Below are positions 53,316 through 64,000 of a stretch of 64,000 nucleotides of DNA, piece by piece. Under the pieces are notes generated by a model. It saw only the letters and a list, made by a program, of their open reading frames with translations, searched no databases and was not told the DNA's origin. The position numbers and the translations under genes were made by a program. How positions within the stretch are numbered: position 1 is the stretch's first letter; every line of letters starts with the position of its first letter. This DNA comes from Pirellulales bacterium (GTDB lineage: Bacteria > Planctomycetota > Planctomycetia > Pirellulales > PALSA-1355), in NCBI GenBank assembly GCA_963733035.1, contig CAVTBU010000006.1:992001-1056000 (forward strand), given 5' to 3'.

Positions 53316-54506
53316 TCAAGTCGTTGACGGTCGATTCGGTCGCGTTCCACGGAGCATGTCGACGGCCTCGGTGAGTCCGTCGATGGTCAGTTCGAACATT
53401 GGATAGACGCGGCGAATCAACCGGATGCTCGGCTCGTTCCAGCGGCCGTGCGGCTCGGGGTTGAGCCACACGGAATTGGGCACGCGCTGCCGTATCCGCT
53501 CGAGCCAGGTCAGTCCGGCGGTCGCATCGCGACGGCCGAAGTCGATGCCGCCCCAGTTGTGGGTCAGCTCGCTGGGCGCCATCCAGGCGTCGCCGACAAA
53601 CACGACCGACCAGGTCTGATCGAGCGTCTTGAGCAGTTCGCTCGTCGGTTTGCCCTCGAGCGTTTGCATGTCGGTATAGATCCGCTGGTAGACGCAATTG
53701 TGAAAAAACCGGTGCTCGAACTTCTTGAAATGATTGGCGGCATGCGCGGCGCTGAACAGCCGCTCGCACAGGTGCGTGTGCGGGTCCATCGAGCCACCCA
53801 CATCCATCAGCAACAGCAGCTTGACACGGTTGCGCCGCGGCGGCCCGAACACCAGTTCGATCTCGCCGCCATTGCGGGCAGTCTGATCGATCGTCGTATC
53901 CAGTTCGAGCTCCTCGGGTCCTTCGTCGCGGTCGAGTCGCTTCAGGCGGCGCAGCGCGATGCCGATCTGGCGCGTGTCGAGAATACGATCGCTGCGCAAG
54001 TTGCGATAGCGCCTTGAGCCGGCCACCTGCACTGCCGAGCGGCCTCCGCCGCCGCCTCCCACGCGTATGCCGGTGGGGTGCTCGCCGCCGTGGCCGAACG
54101 GCGAGGTGCCGCCCGTGCCGATCCAGCGGTTGCCGCCGTCGTGTCGCTCTGTTTGCTCTTCCAAAAGCTTGCGAAAACGATCGTTCAGCTCGTCGAGGTC
54201 GAAGGCCTGCAGCTTGGCCCGATCTGCGTCGCTGATTTCCGGCAGGATCGGGTTCTCGAGCCAATCGAGCAGTTCCTGGCCGATGTCGGGCGTCGACGCG
54301 ATATCGGCGAAGAACGAGGCGAACGCGCGATCGTACGTGTCGTACTCCGACTCGCGTTTGACGAGCAGGCACCGGGCCAGATGATAAAACGTGTTCAGAT
54401 CGGCCCGCGCGTGCCCCGCGCCGAGCGCCCGCATCAGGCTCAGCCACTCGGTGGTCGACACCTTCAGTCCGAACTCGCGCAGGTGGTAAAAGAAATCGAC
54501 AAACAT
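53316..54506 (-). CDS. VWA-domain protein (CoxE-like), MoxR partner
   Basis: [24 protein letters not shown] (MIDAS), FFHNCVY, FVGDA, WLNP. Confidence 0.9.
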   Translation of the reverse strand: MFVDFFYHLREFGLKVSTTEWLSLMRALGAGHARADLNTFYHLARCLLVKRESEYDTYDRAFASFFADIASTPDIGQELLDWLENPILPEISDADRAKLQAFDLDELNDRFRKLLEEQTERHDGGNRWIGTGGTSPFGHGGEHPTGIRVGGGGGGRSAVQVAGSRRYRNLRSDRILDTRQIGIALRRLKRLDRDEGPEELELDTTIDQTARNGGEIELVFGPPRRNRVKLLLLMDVGGSMDPHTHLCERLFSAAHAANHFKKFEHRFFHNCVYQRIYTDMQTLEGKPTSELLKTLDQTWSVVFVGDAWMAPSELTHNWGGIDFGRRDATAGLTWLERIRQRVPNSVWLNPEPHGRWNEPSIRLIRRVYPMFELTIDGLTEAVDMLRGTRPNRPSTT

Positions 54507-54539
54507 GAGTGACCTGGGGCCGACAATGCCAAACGGTTG

Positions 54540-55370
54540 TTAGCTCACGCGTCCGAACCGGCGATTGGTGAGCACCGTCTCGATGTCGCTCTCGCGCTTC
54601 AGCAGCACGCCCATGAACGGCAGCTCTTTGGCGATTGCCTCGGGCGTGATGCCGCCGCGCCGCAGCGCCGCGATCCAGTCGATCAGTTCGCTGGTTGAGG
54701 GGCGCTTGCGCACCTCGGGCAGATCGCGCAGCCAGTAGAATCGCAACAGGACCTGGCGCAACAGCTCGTCTTCGACGTCGGGATGGTGCACGCGCACGAT
54801 GTCGGCCATGGTCTCCTTGTCAGGAAACTCGATGTAATGGAACACGCAGCGCCGCAGGAACGCGTCGGGCAGCTCCTTTTCGTTGTTGGACGTGATCACG
54901 ACGATCGGCCGCTGCGCGGCTCGAACGCACTCGCCCGTTTCCAGCACGGTGAAATTCATGCGATCGAGCTCGTGCAGCAGATCGTTGGGAAACTCCATGT
55001 CGGCCTTGTCGATCTCGTCGATCAGCAGCACCACGCGTTCCTCGGCCCGCAGTGCTCGTCCGAGCGGGCCGAACTTGATGTACTGGCGAATATCGCCGAC
55101 ATCGCCGCCGCCAAAGCGCGCGTCGTTGAGCCGCTGCACGGTGTCGTAGACGTACAACCCGTCTTGGGCCTTGGTGGTCGACTTGATGTGCCACGTCAAA
55201 AGGGGGCTGCCAAGGTTTTCGGCGATCGCCTCGGCGAGCACGGTTTTTCCCGTACCCGGCTCGCCGCGAATCAACAGCGGTTTTTCCAGTGCGCACGCGA
55301 CGTTCACGGCGTCGCGCAGCTCGGGCGAGACCAGATACGTGTCCGTTCCAGTAAACAAATGGAAAGACAT
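54540..55370 (-). CDS. MoxR family AAA+ ATPase
   Basis: GEPGTGKT, LLIDEIDKAD, FPNDLL, ITSNNEKELPDAFLRRC, PSTSELIDW. Confidence 0.93.
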   Translation of the reverse strand: MSFHLFTGTDTYLVSPELRDAVNVACALEKPLLIRGEPGTGKTVLAEAIAENLGSPLLTWHIKSTTKAQDGLYVYDTVQRLNDARFGGGDVGDIRQYIKFGPLGRALRAEERVVLLIDEIDKADMEFPNDLLHELDRMNFTVLETGECVRAAQRPIVVITSNNEKELPDAFLRRCVFHYIEFPDKETMADIVRVHHPDVEDELLRQVLLRFYWLRDLPEVRKRPSTSELIDWIAALRRGGITPEAIAKELPFMGVLLKRESDIETVLTNRRFGRVS

Positions 55371-55671
55371 GAACGCTCCTGCAAGTGGCAATCGCATTCA
55401 ACCGGCTCAATTGGGTCGAGTCGGTGTCGCGAGTCGCCAAGATGTTTGACCGATCCGCAAGTTCAACTCCTCCGAGTGTACAGGGCGTGCGCGGCGATGT
55501 CGACGCGGCGACATTCCCTTCCCTTCGCGCCCGGCGGCTGACGGCCGGCGGGTTTGCCCGCAGCTGGGGTCAGCATCGTCGGACCGCGCTTTTTTCGGGG
55601 GGCGTCGCGGCGGCAGTGCCATCGAGTATGATGTGATGCATCGACAACGAGCCATCGACGGGGATCCGGCC

Positions 55672-57039
<1,368 letters not shown>

Positions 57040-57069
57040 GAGTCACAACTCAGTGGACCCGCGATTGGC

Positions 57070-58101
57070 CTAGCGCTTCCGCTGGCAACCCCAGGCAGCC
57101 AAGCCGAGTGAACCAAGAATTGCCAGTCCCACGGTTGTCGGCTCGGGCACTGGGCTGAACTCCTGGACGCGGTTGTTGCCACCATCGGCGACCCAGACAT
57201 TGCCCAAGGCATCGACCTTCAGGCCCAGCGGAAGAACGAACTGACCGTTGCCGCCGCCGTACATGCCAAATTGGGTGAGGTACGCTCCACTGCTGGTGAA
57301 TTCTTGGACGCGGTTGTTGTTCGAGTCAGAGACCCAGATATTGCCCGAACCATCGATCGTCAGACAAGATGGGTCGTTGAACTCGCCGTTGCCAGTGCCG
57401 AACGAACCGAACTGAGTAACATATATCCCGCTACTAGTGAATTCCTGGACGCGGGCGTTGCCACTATCGACGACCCAGATGTTGCCCGACCCATCGACCG
57501 CCAAGCCCGTTGGAAAACTGAACTGACCATCGCCGCTACCGTAGTTGCCAAATTGCGTGAGGTATGTGCCACTGCTGGTGAATTCTTGGATCCGGTTGTT
57601 TTGTCCATCGGCGACCCAGATGTTGCCGGACCCATCGATTGCGATGGCTGATGGATAGTTGAACTGACCATTGCCACTGCCGAGCGTGCCAAATTGCGTA
57701 ACATATATGCCGCTGCTTGTGAATTCTTGAACACGGTGGTTGAGCGTATCGGTGACCCAGATGTTGCCCGACCCATCAAACGTCAGGTCATACGGAAATC
57801 GGAGTTGACCGTTGCCAGTGCCGTACGTGCCAAATTGCGTGAGGTACGCACCGCTACCGGTGAATTCTTGAACACGGAAGTTGCTGGAATCGACGACCCA
57901 AATGTTGCCCGACCCATCAAGTGCCAAGCCATACGGCATGTTAAGCTCACCGTCGCCAGTGCCAAAGGTGCCGAAAGACTGAACGAATTGATAGGTGGTA
58001 GCGTGGGCCTGACGATCACTCGCCAGAACAACCACCAAAGTTGCCAGTGGCGCGACGAGGAACGTCGTAAAGAAGTGTATCGACGCGATAGTCCGGCTCA
58101 T
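57070..58101 (-). CDS. NHL-repeat six-bladed beta-propeller with PEP-CTERM tail
   Basis: Six FGxxGxGxGxFxxPxGLAxDGSGNIWVxDxxNxRVQEF units, signal peptide, VPEP-TM-RKR. Confidence 0.93.
   Translation of the reverse strand: MSRTIASIHFFTTFLVAPLATLVVVLASDRQAHATTYQFVQSFGTFGTGDGELNMPYGLALDGSGNIWVVDSSNFRVQEFTGSGAYLTQFGTYGTGNGQLRFPYDLTFDGSGNIWVTDTLNHRVQEFTSSGIYVTQFGTLGSGNGQFNYPSAIAIDGSGNIWVADGQNNRIQEFTSSGTYLTQFGNYGSGDGQFSFPTGLAVDGSGNIWVVDSGNARVQEFTSSGIYVTQFGSFGTGNGEFNDPSCLTIDGSGNIWVSDSNNNRVQEFTSSGAYLTQFGMYGGGNGQFVLPLGLKVDALGNVWVADGGNNRVQEFSPVPEPTTVGLAILGSLGLAAWGCQRKR
57155..57985 (-). repeat. Six coding tandem repeats with exact 141-bp period
   Basis: gacccaRaYRttgcc core starts at 57190, 57331, 57472, 57613, 57754 and 57895. 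Confidence 0.92.
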
Positions 58102-58396
58102 TAGTCGTCTCCTTTTCGGGCGGTCGCGGCAGATTGCGGCGAGCGCCGAATCGAAACAAAAAAGGCACAGGCGTCTTCTAAGCACCGGGCACGGCAGCGG
58201 CCCTCACGTTTGCGGAAGTTGGCGGCGAACGCTATTCGCAAGTCTCGCGACTCGCTTTCCGGGTGTCAATTTCTCCCACCCGAGAATTCTTGAAATTTCC
58301 TGCGAAACCGGCTCGCAGGCCGGTGGCTCGGTGCGTGTGACATCGCTTGAACTCGGTGCCGAAAGAGCCATGGGGCTCGCGGCAATAAGTGCATTG

Positions 58397-58780
58397 CTAG
58401 CTCTGCAACATTTCGATTGCCTGCTCGCGCGTCGTGGCCCATTCGAACACGGAGTTCTGCGAAGTGGGATTGATCAGCAGTTGCGTCACGGAGAAGACTT
58501 CGTGGACGAAACTGCTGAGATTGCAGAGCACCAGGCGCCCCTGCCGCTCGTTGACAGTGCGCTTGGCGTTTAAGAATGGCACGACGCCGACGCTGGCGAT
58601 GTACTCGAGGTTGTGCAAATCGATAACGACCGCGCTGGTGTCGGCCTGGCTGATCGCATCCACCAGTTCGCGACCGATCGCGGTGCACAGTTCGTACTCC
58701 GCCATCTCCTTCTCGTTGATGGTCAGCACCAGCACGCCGGATTGTTGTTCGAGCAGAATGTGCGGAGGGTCTGTATCCAT
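58397..58780 (-). CDS. STAS-domain anti-sigma-factor antagonist
   Basis: VVIDLHNLEYIASVG, GRLVLCNLS..VHEVF. Confidence 0.9.
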   Translation of the reverse strand: MDTDPPHILLEQQSGVLVLTINEKEMAEYELCTAIGRELVDAISQADTSAVVIDLHNLEYIASVGVVPFLNAKRTVNERQGRLVLCNLSSFVHEVFSVTQLLINPTSQNSVFEWATTREQAIEMLQS

Positions 58781-58921
58781 CGTCGGCCGATATTTCGTGA
58801 TGCCTTGTTGCAGGACGGTTTGCCGCAGTTGTGACAGATTAACTCACGCCCGGAACCGCTTTCAAGGGTAACTTGGAGGCCGCGGCAGGTTGTCGAACAT
58901 GAGGGAACCGGTCGCCGCCGT

Positions 58922-60106
58922 TCATGCGCTGAGGTCGATCTCGCGGGGCCATTGCTGGAAAGCTTCCCAATACGTTTTCTTCAGTGCGATCTCGTCGTCT
59001 TCTGCTGAGGGTTGCACACGCCCGTGCACGTCGATGGCCCGCGAGACGACGGTGTGTTTGCCAGGCTGTAGCGCACCCAGGTCGATCGAAAAGAATACCC
59101 AGGAAAACTTTGCCCGAGGGTGTTCATCGAGCGTGGCGTCCTGCCACTGTCCGTCATCGACTTTGACTTGCACTTTCTGAATTCCCGTGCCGTCGTCCCA
59201 GGCAGCGCCATAGGCCTTCAGTGGAATGGCTCCATCTTTCGTCGGACCGCGCGTGATCCGGGCCACGATCGACTTCAGGTTCATTCGCGTAACGGAGGTC
59301 TCCACGAACACGACCTCGCCATCTCGTCGCTCGCCCCGCACGGTCACGTAGTCGCGGCCCATGAAACGGCCCATATAGCGGCTGTCGCGGACTTCGATTC
59401 GCTTGAGCCATTTCACATTGGCGATTCCATACCAGCCGGGGACAATCAGCCGCACGGGAGCCCCGTTTCGCCACTCGATTGGTTCTCCGTCTCGTTCGTA
59501 GGCCAGCAATAGATTGAGCTTCAGCGCGTCGTCGATCGACATGCTGCGGCCGAAAGGGACCTTCACGGTTAGCTCACGTTCGGTGCCTTTGCGTAGGGTT
59601 TCTTCGTTGGTGTCGTAGCCAAAAAAGACAATCTCTTTCGCATCGGATTTCAGCCCGCACTCCTGCAGAATCGGCGCCAGAGGCGTTCCGACCCACTTTC
59701 CGTTGTAGATGGCATTCATGAAACCCTTCGACGCGCCGTTTCCGGAACACTCCAAGGTCATCAACTGTTCTTTCTTCGGCAGGGCTTTCAATTGATCGAG
59801 CGTGAAGGTTTTCGGCGTGTCGATGAGTCCCGTGAATTCGAGTTTGAAATTATCGACGTCCACTTCCGGTATATCGTAGTGCTGGACGCTAAAGACCTGA
59901 TCGGCGGGCGTGATCCACGAGTCGAGGGTTTCCCAGTCGAGCCGGTTGGGCGGCGTTCGCGGCATGTCGAGAAAGGGAACGAGTTCTTCGTCGGACCCCT
60001 CGCCGGGAAATACGAAGCCGGGCATCGACAGGTGAGCCACCGCGGCGGCAATGGCCGCGGAACCGACTTTGAGCGCCTCGCGTCGTGTCTGCGGTTGCTG
60101 CTTCAT
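58922..60106 (-). CDS. Tat-exported sulfite-oxidase-family molybdoenzyme (SoxC/SorA/SorT-like)
   Basis: TRREALK, TLECSGN (Mo-ligating Cys), WVGTPL, NGAPVRLIVPGWYG, VKWL, C-terminal dimerisation domain (SRAID). Confidence 0.9.
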   Translation of the reverse strand: MKQQPQTRREALKVGSAAIAAAVAHLSMPGFVFPGEGSDEELVPFLDMPRTPPNRLDWETLDSWITPADQVFSVQHYDIPEVDVDNFKLEFTGLIDTPKTFTLDQLKALPKKEQLMTLECSGNGASKGFMNAIYNGKWVGTPLAPILQECGLKSDAKEIVFFGYDTNEETLRKGTERELTVKVPFGRSMSIDDALKLNLLLAYERDGEPIEWRNGAPVRLIVPGWYGIANVKWLKRIEVRDSRYMGRFMGRDYVTVRGERRDGEVVFVETSVTRMNLKSIVARITRGPTKDGAIPLKAYGAAWDDGTGIQKVQVKVDDGQWQDATLDEHPRAKFSWVFFSIDLGALQPGKHTVVSRAIDVHGRVQPSAEDDEIALKKTYWEAFQQWPREIDLSA

Positions 60107-60169
60107 CGATTCTCTCCTTCGGATTGCTCGAGCGGGTGGCGGTTGGCGGAAACGAGTGGGAACTTTAAC

Positions 60170-60904
60170 CTACGGACGCTTGGCAGGCGCGTCGTCCGGC
60201 GAAACAACAATATCGAGTTGCGTTGTTTTGCCGGCCTCGACTTTGATCTTCCGGCTCGAGCGCAATTGTCCGGCCGGGTGGACCATTTCCAGCACGTATT
60301 CTCCCGCCGGAATGTTCGCCAGGCGAAAGCGGCCATCGGTGCTCGTAAGTTGATAATACGGGTGATCGAACACGTAGATCCAAGCTCGCATGGCGCTATG
60401 GTAAGCACACCCAATCTGGTACGGCAAGCGGATGCCACCCGCCCGTCGAAAGGTTTCCACGTGCTCTCCGCCGGACGGCATGCTGGTGTTGAACGAGTGC
60501 CTCGAATCCGAGGTCCGCACGCTGTGCACCTCTTTGTCGCTATTGAGAAATTTGACGCGATCTCCAGCCCGAATTGCAAGCGTTTCCGGGATGAACTGGA
60601 AGTTCTGCTGGTCGACGACGACGGTGGCCGGTTTGTCGGACGGCTCACGCGGGACGGCTGGGGATTTCAGCGCGACGACGGCCTCGGCAAGCTGTCCCTG
60701 CTGACGATCTTTCACGTAGTAGCGGGCATATCGCCACGGGCGCCGAGCATCTTCTCGATAGATCACGGTGCCTTCCACGGAGCCTGTCGATCGGCTCACC
60801 GGCGCCTGCGGCTCTGCTGAAGCCGGTTCCTCCGCGATCAAGCGACCATGCGTCATGCATACTGTCAACACTCCGGCTAAGAAGACCAACGGTCGTGGCT
60901 GCAT
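60170..60904 (-). CDS. Secreted cupredoxin + carboxypeptidase-regulatory-like domain protein
   Basis: DQQNFQFIP, GDRVKFLNSD..HSV, CAYHSAM type-1 copper motif, DGRFRLANIPAGEY. Confidence 0.85.
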   Translation of the reverse strand: MQPRPLVFLAGVLTVCMTHGRLIAEEPASAEPQAPVSRSTGSVEGTVIYREDARRPWRYARYYVKDRQQGQLAEAVVALKSPAVPREPSDKPATVVVDQQNFQFIPETLAIRAGDRVKFLNSDKEVHSVRTSDSRHSFNTSMPSGGEHVETFRRAGGIRLPYQIGCAYHSAMRAWIYVFDHPYYQLTSTDGRFRLANIPAGEYVLEMVHPAGQLRSSRKIKVEAGKTTQLDIVVSPDDAPAKRP

Positions 60905-61287
60905 ACGATGGTACTTTCAGTCTTACTCGTTCCGATGTCTGAGGGACAACGATTGAGGGCTAGCGAATTAACGGCATCGTCATTTCAGGCCCAAACTCCA
61001 AGTTTGCCGAAGCTGCCGTTGCTCATCGCTGATCCATGAGTTGCCCAGCAGCCGGCCGAAGCATTCCCGGGGCGCCGCCGCCTGCCGGCGTTTCGCACTT
61101 GATGCGAGCACCATTGTAACGCGCGTCAATGCGAGTTTGATCCCTGCTGGTGAGCCAGATTCCGCAACGGTTCCGTTGTTGCGGCTCGCCGCTTTCCGAC
61201 GATTCGGCACTTTTGGTGGAGTTCCCTTTGGCAACGGGTTATGATGCTCTCGCGTTGATTCCTACGACTCTGCTCACAGGTGAAAAC

Positions 61288-61860
61288 ATGACGGCGGCAA
61301 TTCGGCGTTCCATTCTGGCGATGATTTTGATGACCTGCGGTACCATGGCGCGTGCGGGCGACACTTACACGGTCGACCCGGTACATTCCTCGATCTCGTT
61401 TATGATCTCTCACGCTGGAATCAGCAATATACACGGACGTTTCAACGCATTCTCGGGAAAGATCACGATCGATTCGGCCGATCCGAGCAAGTCGTCGTTT
61501 GAAATGTCGATTCCGATCGAGAGCATCGATACGAACAACGTCAAACGCGACGAGCACCTCCGCGCTCCCGACTATTTCAATGTCAAGCAGTTTCCGACCA
61601 TGTCGTTTCAAAGCACGAAGGTCGATGCCGTTGACGGTGGTTACAAGGTGACCGGTGACCTGACATTGCACGGGGTAACCAAGTCCGTTTCGTTCACGCT
61701 TGAGGGGGGCAACAAGGTTGTTGAGTTTCCCAAGGGAACCAAGCGGATCGGACTGGTCTCGACATTCTCAATTCGACGCAGCGACTTTGGCGTGGACGCC
61801 GAGCCCAAGGCGTTGGGCGACGAGATTCCGATTATGATCGGTATCGAGGCGGCCAGGTAA
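61288..61860 (+). CDS. YceI family lipid/polyisoprenoid-binding protein
   Basis: Signal peptide, YTVDPVHS, SIDT..RDEHL, GDLTLHGVTK, RSDFG. Confidence 0.93.
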   Translation: MTAAIRRSILAMILMTCGTMARAGDTYTVDPVHSSISFMISHAGISNIHGRFNAFSGKITIDSADPSKSSFEMSIPIESIDTNNVKRDEHLRAPDYFNVKQFPTMSFQSTKVDAVDGGYKVTGDLTLHGVTKSVSFTLEGGNKVVEFPKGTKRIGLVSTFSIRRSDFGVDAEPKALGDEIPIMIGIEAAR

Positions 61861-61937
61861 AATCACGCCTGCGGACGTTTCGCGAAGCGAACCGTACCGT
61901 GCGCCTGGCGACCCGCGCACCACGGGAGATGGCGCGA

Positions 61938-62874
61938 ATGCTGGATGTCGTTCTGCTGGCGAAGGCGGTGCTGACCGGGGCGCTGACTGCCGTCGCGGTC
62001 ATGCTCTTGGCCGCCTGGGGCACGCGGCGCCAGTGGCCACGAACCGCATGCTGGAGCTGGGCCATTGGTGCCGGAGTCCTTGCGGCCAGCGGCGTTACCG
62101 ATCGATGGCCGAATTGGCCCGCGCTCGAGGACCGCTCACGGATTCTAACGGTACTCGTGCCGTTAACGGTGGTGGTCGAAACCCTGACGGCGAGGATGCG
62201 GTCGGGCCGAGCGGCGTGGGTCGTTCGCGTGGGACTGGCGGCCGTGGCAACGCCGATCCTGCTTCACAACACGGTGTATCTGACGGATCTGAACGGACCG
62301 AATTCGGCCGAATGGTCGCCCGCCCAGGCGACCATTGTCTTGGGCGGACTCGCCGGTATTCTAGCGCTAGTGTGGACGACGTTGAGCTGTCTGCAATCGC
62401 GGACTTCGACTCCGGCAGTGCTGTGGGTCCTGGTTCTCGACGCATCGGCGGCCGCCTTTACAGTCATGCTTTCGGGCTATTACCGTGGAGGACTGTTGGG
62501 ACTGGGTCTGGCCGGTGCGCTGGCCGGTGCGACGGTCGCGTCGTACATCACCCATCCGCAGCCGACGAACAGGGGCAGCCTGGGGATGGGGGTGGTTGGC
62601 ATCTTTGCGGTGGTGCTCGTCGGCCGATTCTTCGGCAGCCTTTCGACCAGCTTCGCGGCATGGCTGCTGCTTGCGCCGTTGTTGGCGTGGACCGTCGAAC
62701 TCCCTCCGCTACGCACGCTCGCGCCAGGTTGGCGAGGTGCCGGCCGCCTGGTCCTGCGTCGCGGTGCCACTAATCGTCGTCGTGATTCACGCGCAGCGTA
62801 ACTTCGCCGCGGCCTCCACCGCTCGTTCCAGGCCGTCCGAGCCGCGTGTCGTTTGCGATTCGATTGAAAAATAG
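61938..62874 (+). CDS. Polytopic membrane protein of unknown function, frameshift at ~62753
   Basis: About 9-10 TM segments, WPALEDR motif; last TM (CVAVPLIVVVI) lies in the other frame. Confidence 0.7.
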
Positions 62875-63278
62875 TGGGGGAAATTGCACGACCGTCGCTG
62901 GCCATTTGACGGGGGGATTTGGAGGGTGATGCCAAGAACCGTTCCTTCGATGCGCTCCGCTTCAAGCCGTTTTGGCGGCCAACGTTCAATCGATCGCGAG
63001 GCTCGTAAGCGGCGTGAGTTCGCGGCGTTGGAAGCGTGCGTCAAAAAAACCCGAGTGAGAATCGAGAACGAGCCCAGCGGTGGCTCTCATCAGACTGCCG
63101 TTCTTCGAGATTCCGAAAGGAAGTCGGTTTGACGGGCCAGCCGCCGTCCCGGCTGTGATTGGAGGTCATCATAACTGGGGCCAACAGCTTAGCTCGACGC
63201 GGAAGTGCTCCGAGGCGATAATCAGGCCATTGACTTGGACGTTTTTCGTCGAATTGAGGCCTCGGGGGTTGGGAATCG

Positions 63279-64000
63279 ATGCCCACAGATGAAGTCACGC
63301 GGGAACCTTTGAAACCAGCCACGCCAAGGAAGCGGCGAATTTGGCGGTTTCTGGGCCTGGTGTTGCTGCTATTTGTCGTGGCGGCAGCGGCATTGCTCTG
63401 GTGGATGCTGCCGGGAGTGCACCGTGTCGCGCACAACGCGCAGTTGCCCACGCGATTTTCCAATGGGCTGATCTACGTCGAGCCGGAGACCTCCGCGGGC
63501 GTTAAGCTAACCTTGCTGACTGACACTGGTGGCGGACTGTACGTAACTAAACAGGCAGTTGAACGCACGGGAATGCAGCCGATTTCCGTTTTTGGCTCGA
63601 TGCTGACTCGACTCCCGGCCTTTCGCCCAACAGCGTGGATTCCTGAGGTGACGGGTGCCGAGAAGTGGATGTCGGTCGCGGACATGGGCGGAGACGGCAT
63701 GCTTGGCCAGCGATGGTTTGCCGGTGGAGTGTGGACGTTCGACTACCCGGCGCAAAAGCTCATCCTGCACCACCAGCCGTTCTCTCCCTCTCCATCGGAA
63801 GCGGCTCACGCCATACCGCTGGGGTTCTTACATCAATTCGGCATCCGCACGGGTCATCATCCGCGGTTCACGATCCGCGTCGCTGGCGAGCCGATCGAAG
63901 CGCTTCTCGATACGGGCGCCACAGTGTGGCTGACCCCCGAGGCGACTAAAATGGTTGGCGAGCCAGGCGACTCCGAACGTGCGACTAGTTTCGTCTCCGC
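63279..64000 (+). CDS. Membrane-anchored two-domain retropepsin-like aspartyl protease (3'-truncated; not in the ORF track)
   Basis: Own translation: MPTDEV...TM...LLTDTGGG...DGMLGQRWF...FDYP...ALLDTGAT; open to the window end. Confidence 0.85.
   Translation, partial: MPTDEVTREPLKPATPRKRRIWRFLGLVLLLFVVAAAALLWWMLPGVHRVAHNAQLPTRFSNGLIYVEPETSAGVKLTLLTDTGGGLYVTKQAVERTGMQPISVFGSMLTRLPAFRPTAWIPEVTGAEKWMSVADMGGDGMLGQRWFAGGVWTFDYPAQKLILHHQPFSPSPSEAAHAIPLGFLHQFGIRTGHHPRFTIRVAGEPIEALLDTGATVWLTPEATKMVGEPGDSERATSFVS

Noticed and set aside
57155..57985. Regularly spaced repeats as a possible CRISPR array
   Set aside because: The period is 141 bp (47 codons), in frame, with similar rather than unique spacers: these are NHL protein repeats.

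Overview
GC-rich bacterial chromosome segment, most likely a planctomycete (Pirellulales-like). The evidence is a TIGR03067 protein, four PEP-CTERM proteins, a stand-alone BON protein, an LRR membrane protein, a Tat-exported Gfo/Idh/MocA enzyme and a CysC with an insertion. 1-8.7 kb holds miscellaneous enzymes, two tandem outer-membrane beta-barrels and a secreted hypothetical protein. 9-22.8 kb is core genome: glgP, an acyl-CoA dehydrogenase, cysC, an LPS/heptose cluster (lpxK, GT2, hldE, GT2, GT9, gmhB, waaF) and icd. 23-64 kb is a mosaic accessory region: a convergent N4-cytosine methyltransferase / PD-(D/E)xK nuclease pair (probable type II R-M system), carbonic anhydrase with an NhaR-like LysR, a glycoside hydrolase-serine hydrolase fusion, a decaying GntR-ABC operon, phosphatases, MoxR/VWA, a six-repeat NHL propeller, and a sulfite-oxidase-family Mo enzyme paired with a cupredoxin. 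I saw no rRNA, tRNA, CRISPR array, integrase or transposase. At least 13 genes appear to be split by 1-2 nt frameshifts. Eleven of these sit on or beside GCGC, and five are repaired exactly by restoring one GC dinucleotide. This points to systematic long-read errors, possibly a footprint of host DNA methylation, rather than real pseudogenes. All family calls come from motif recognition by eye, not database searches.
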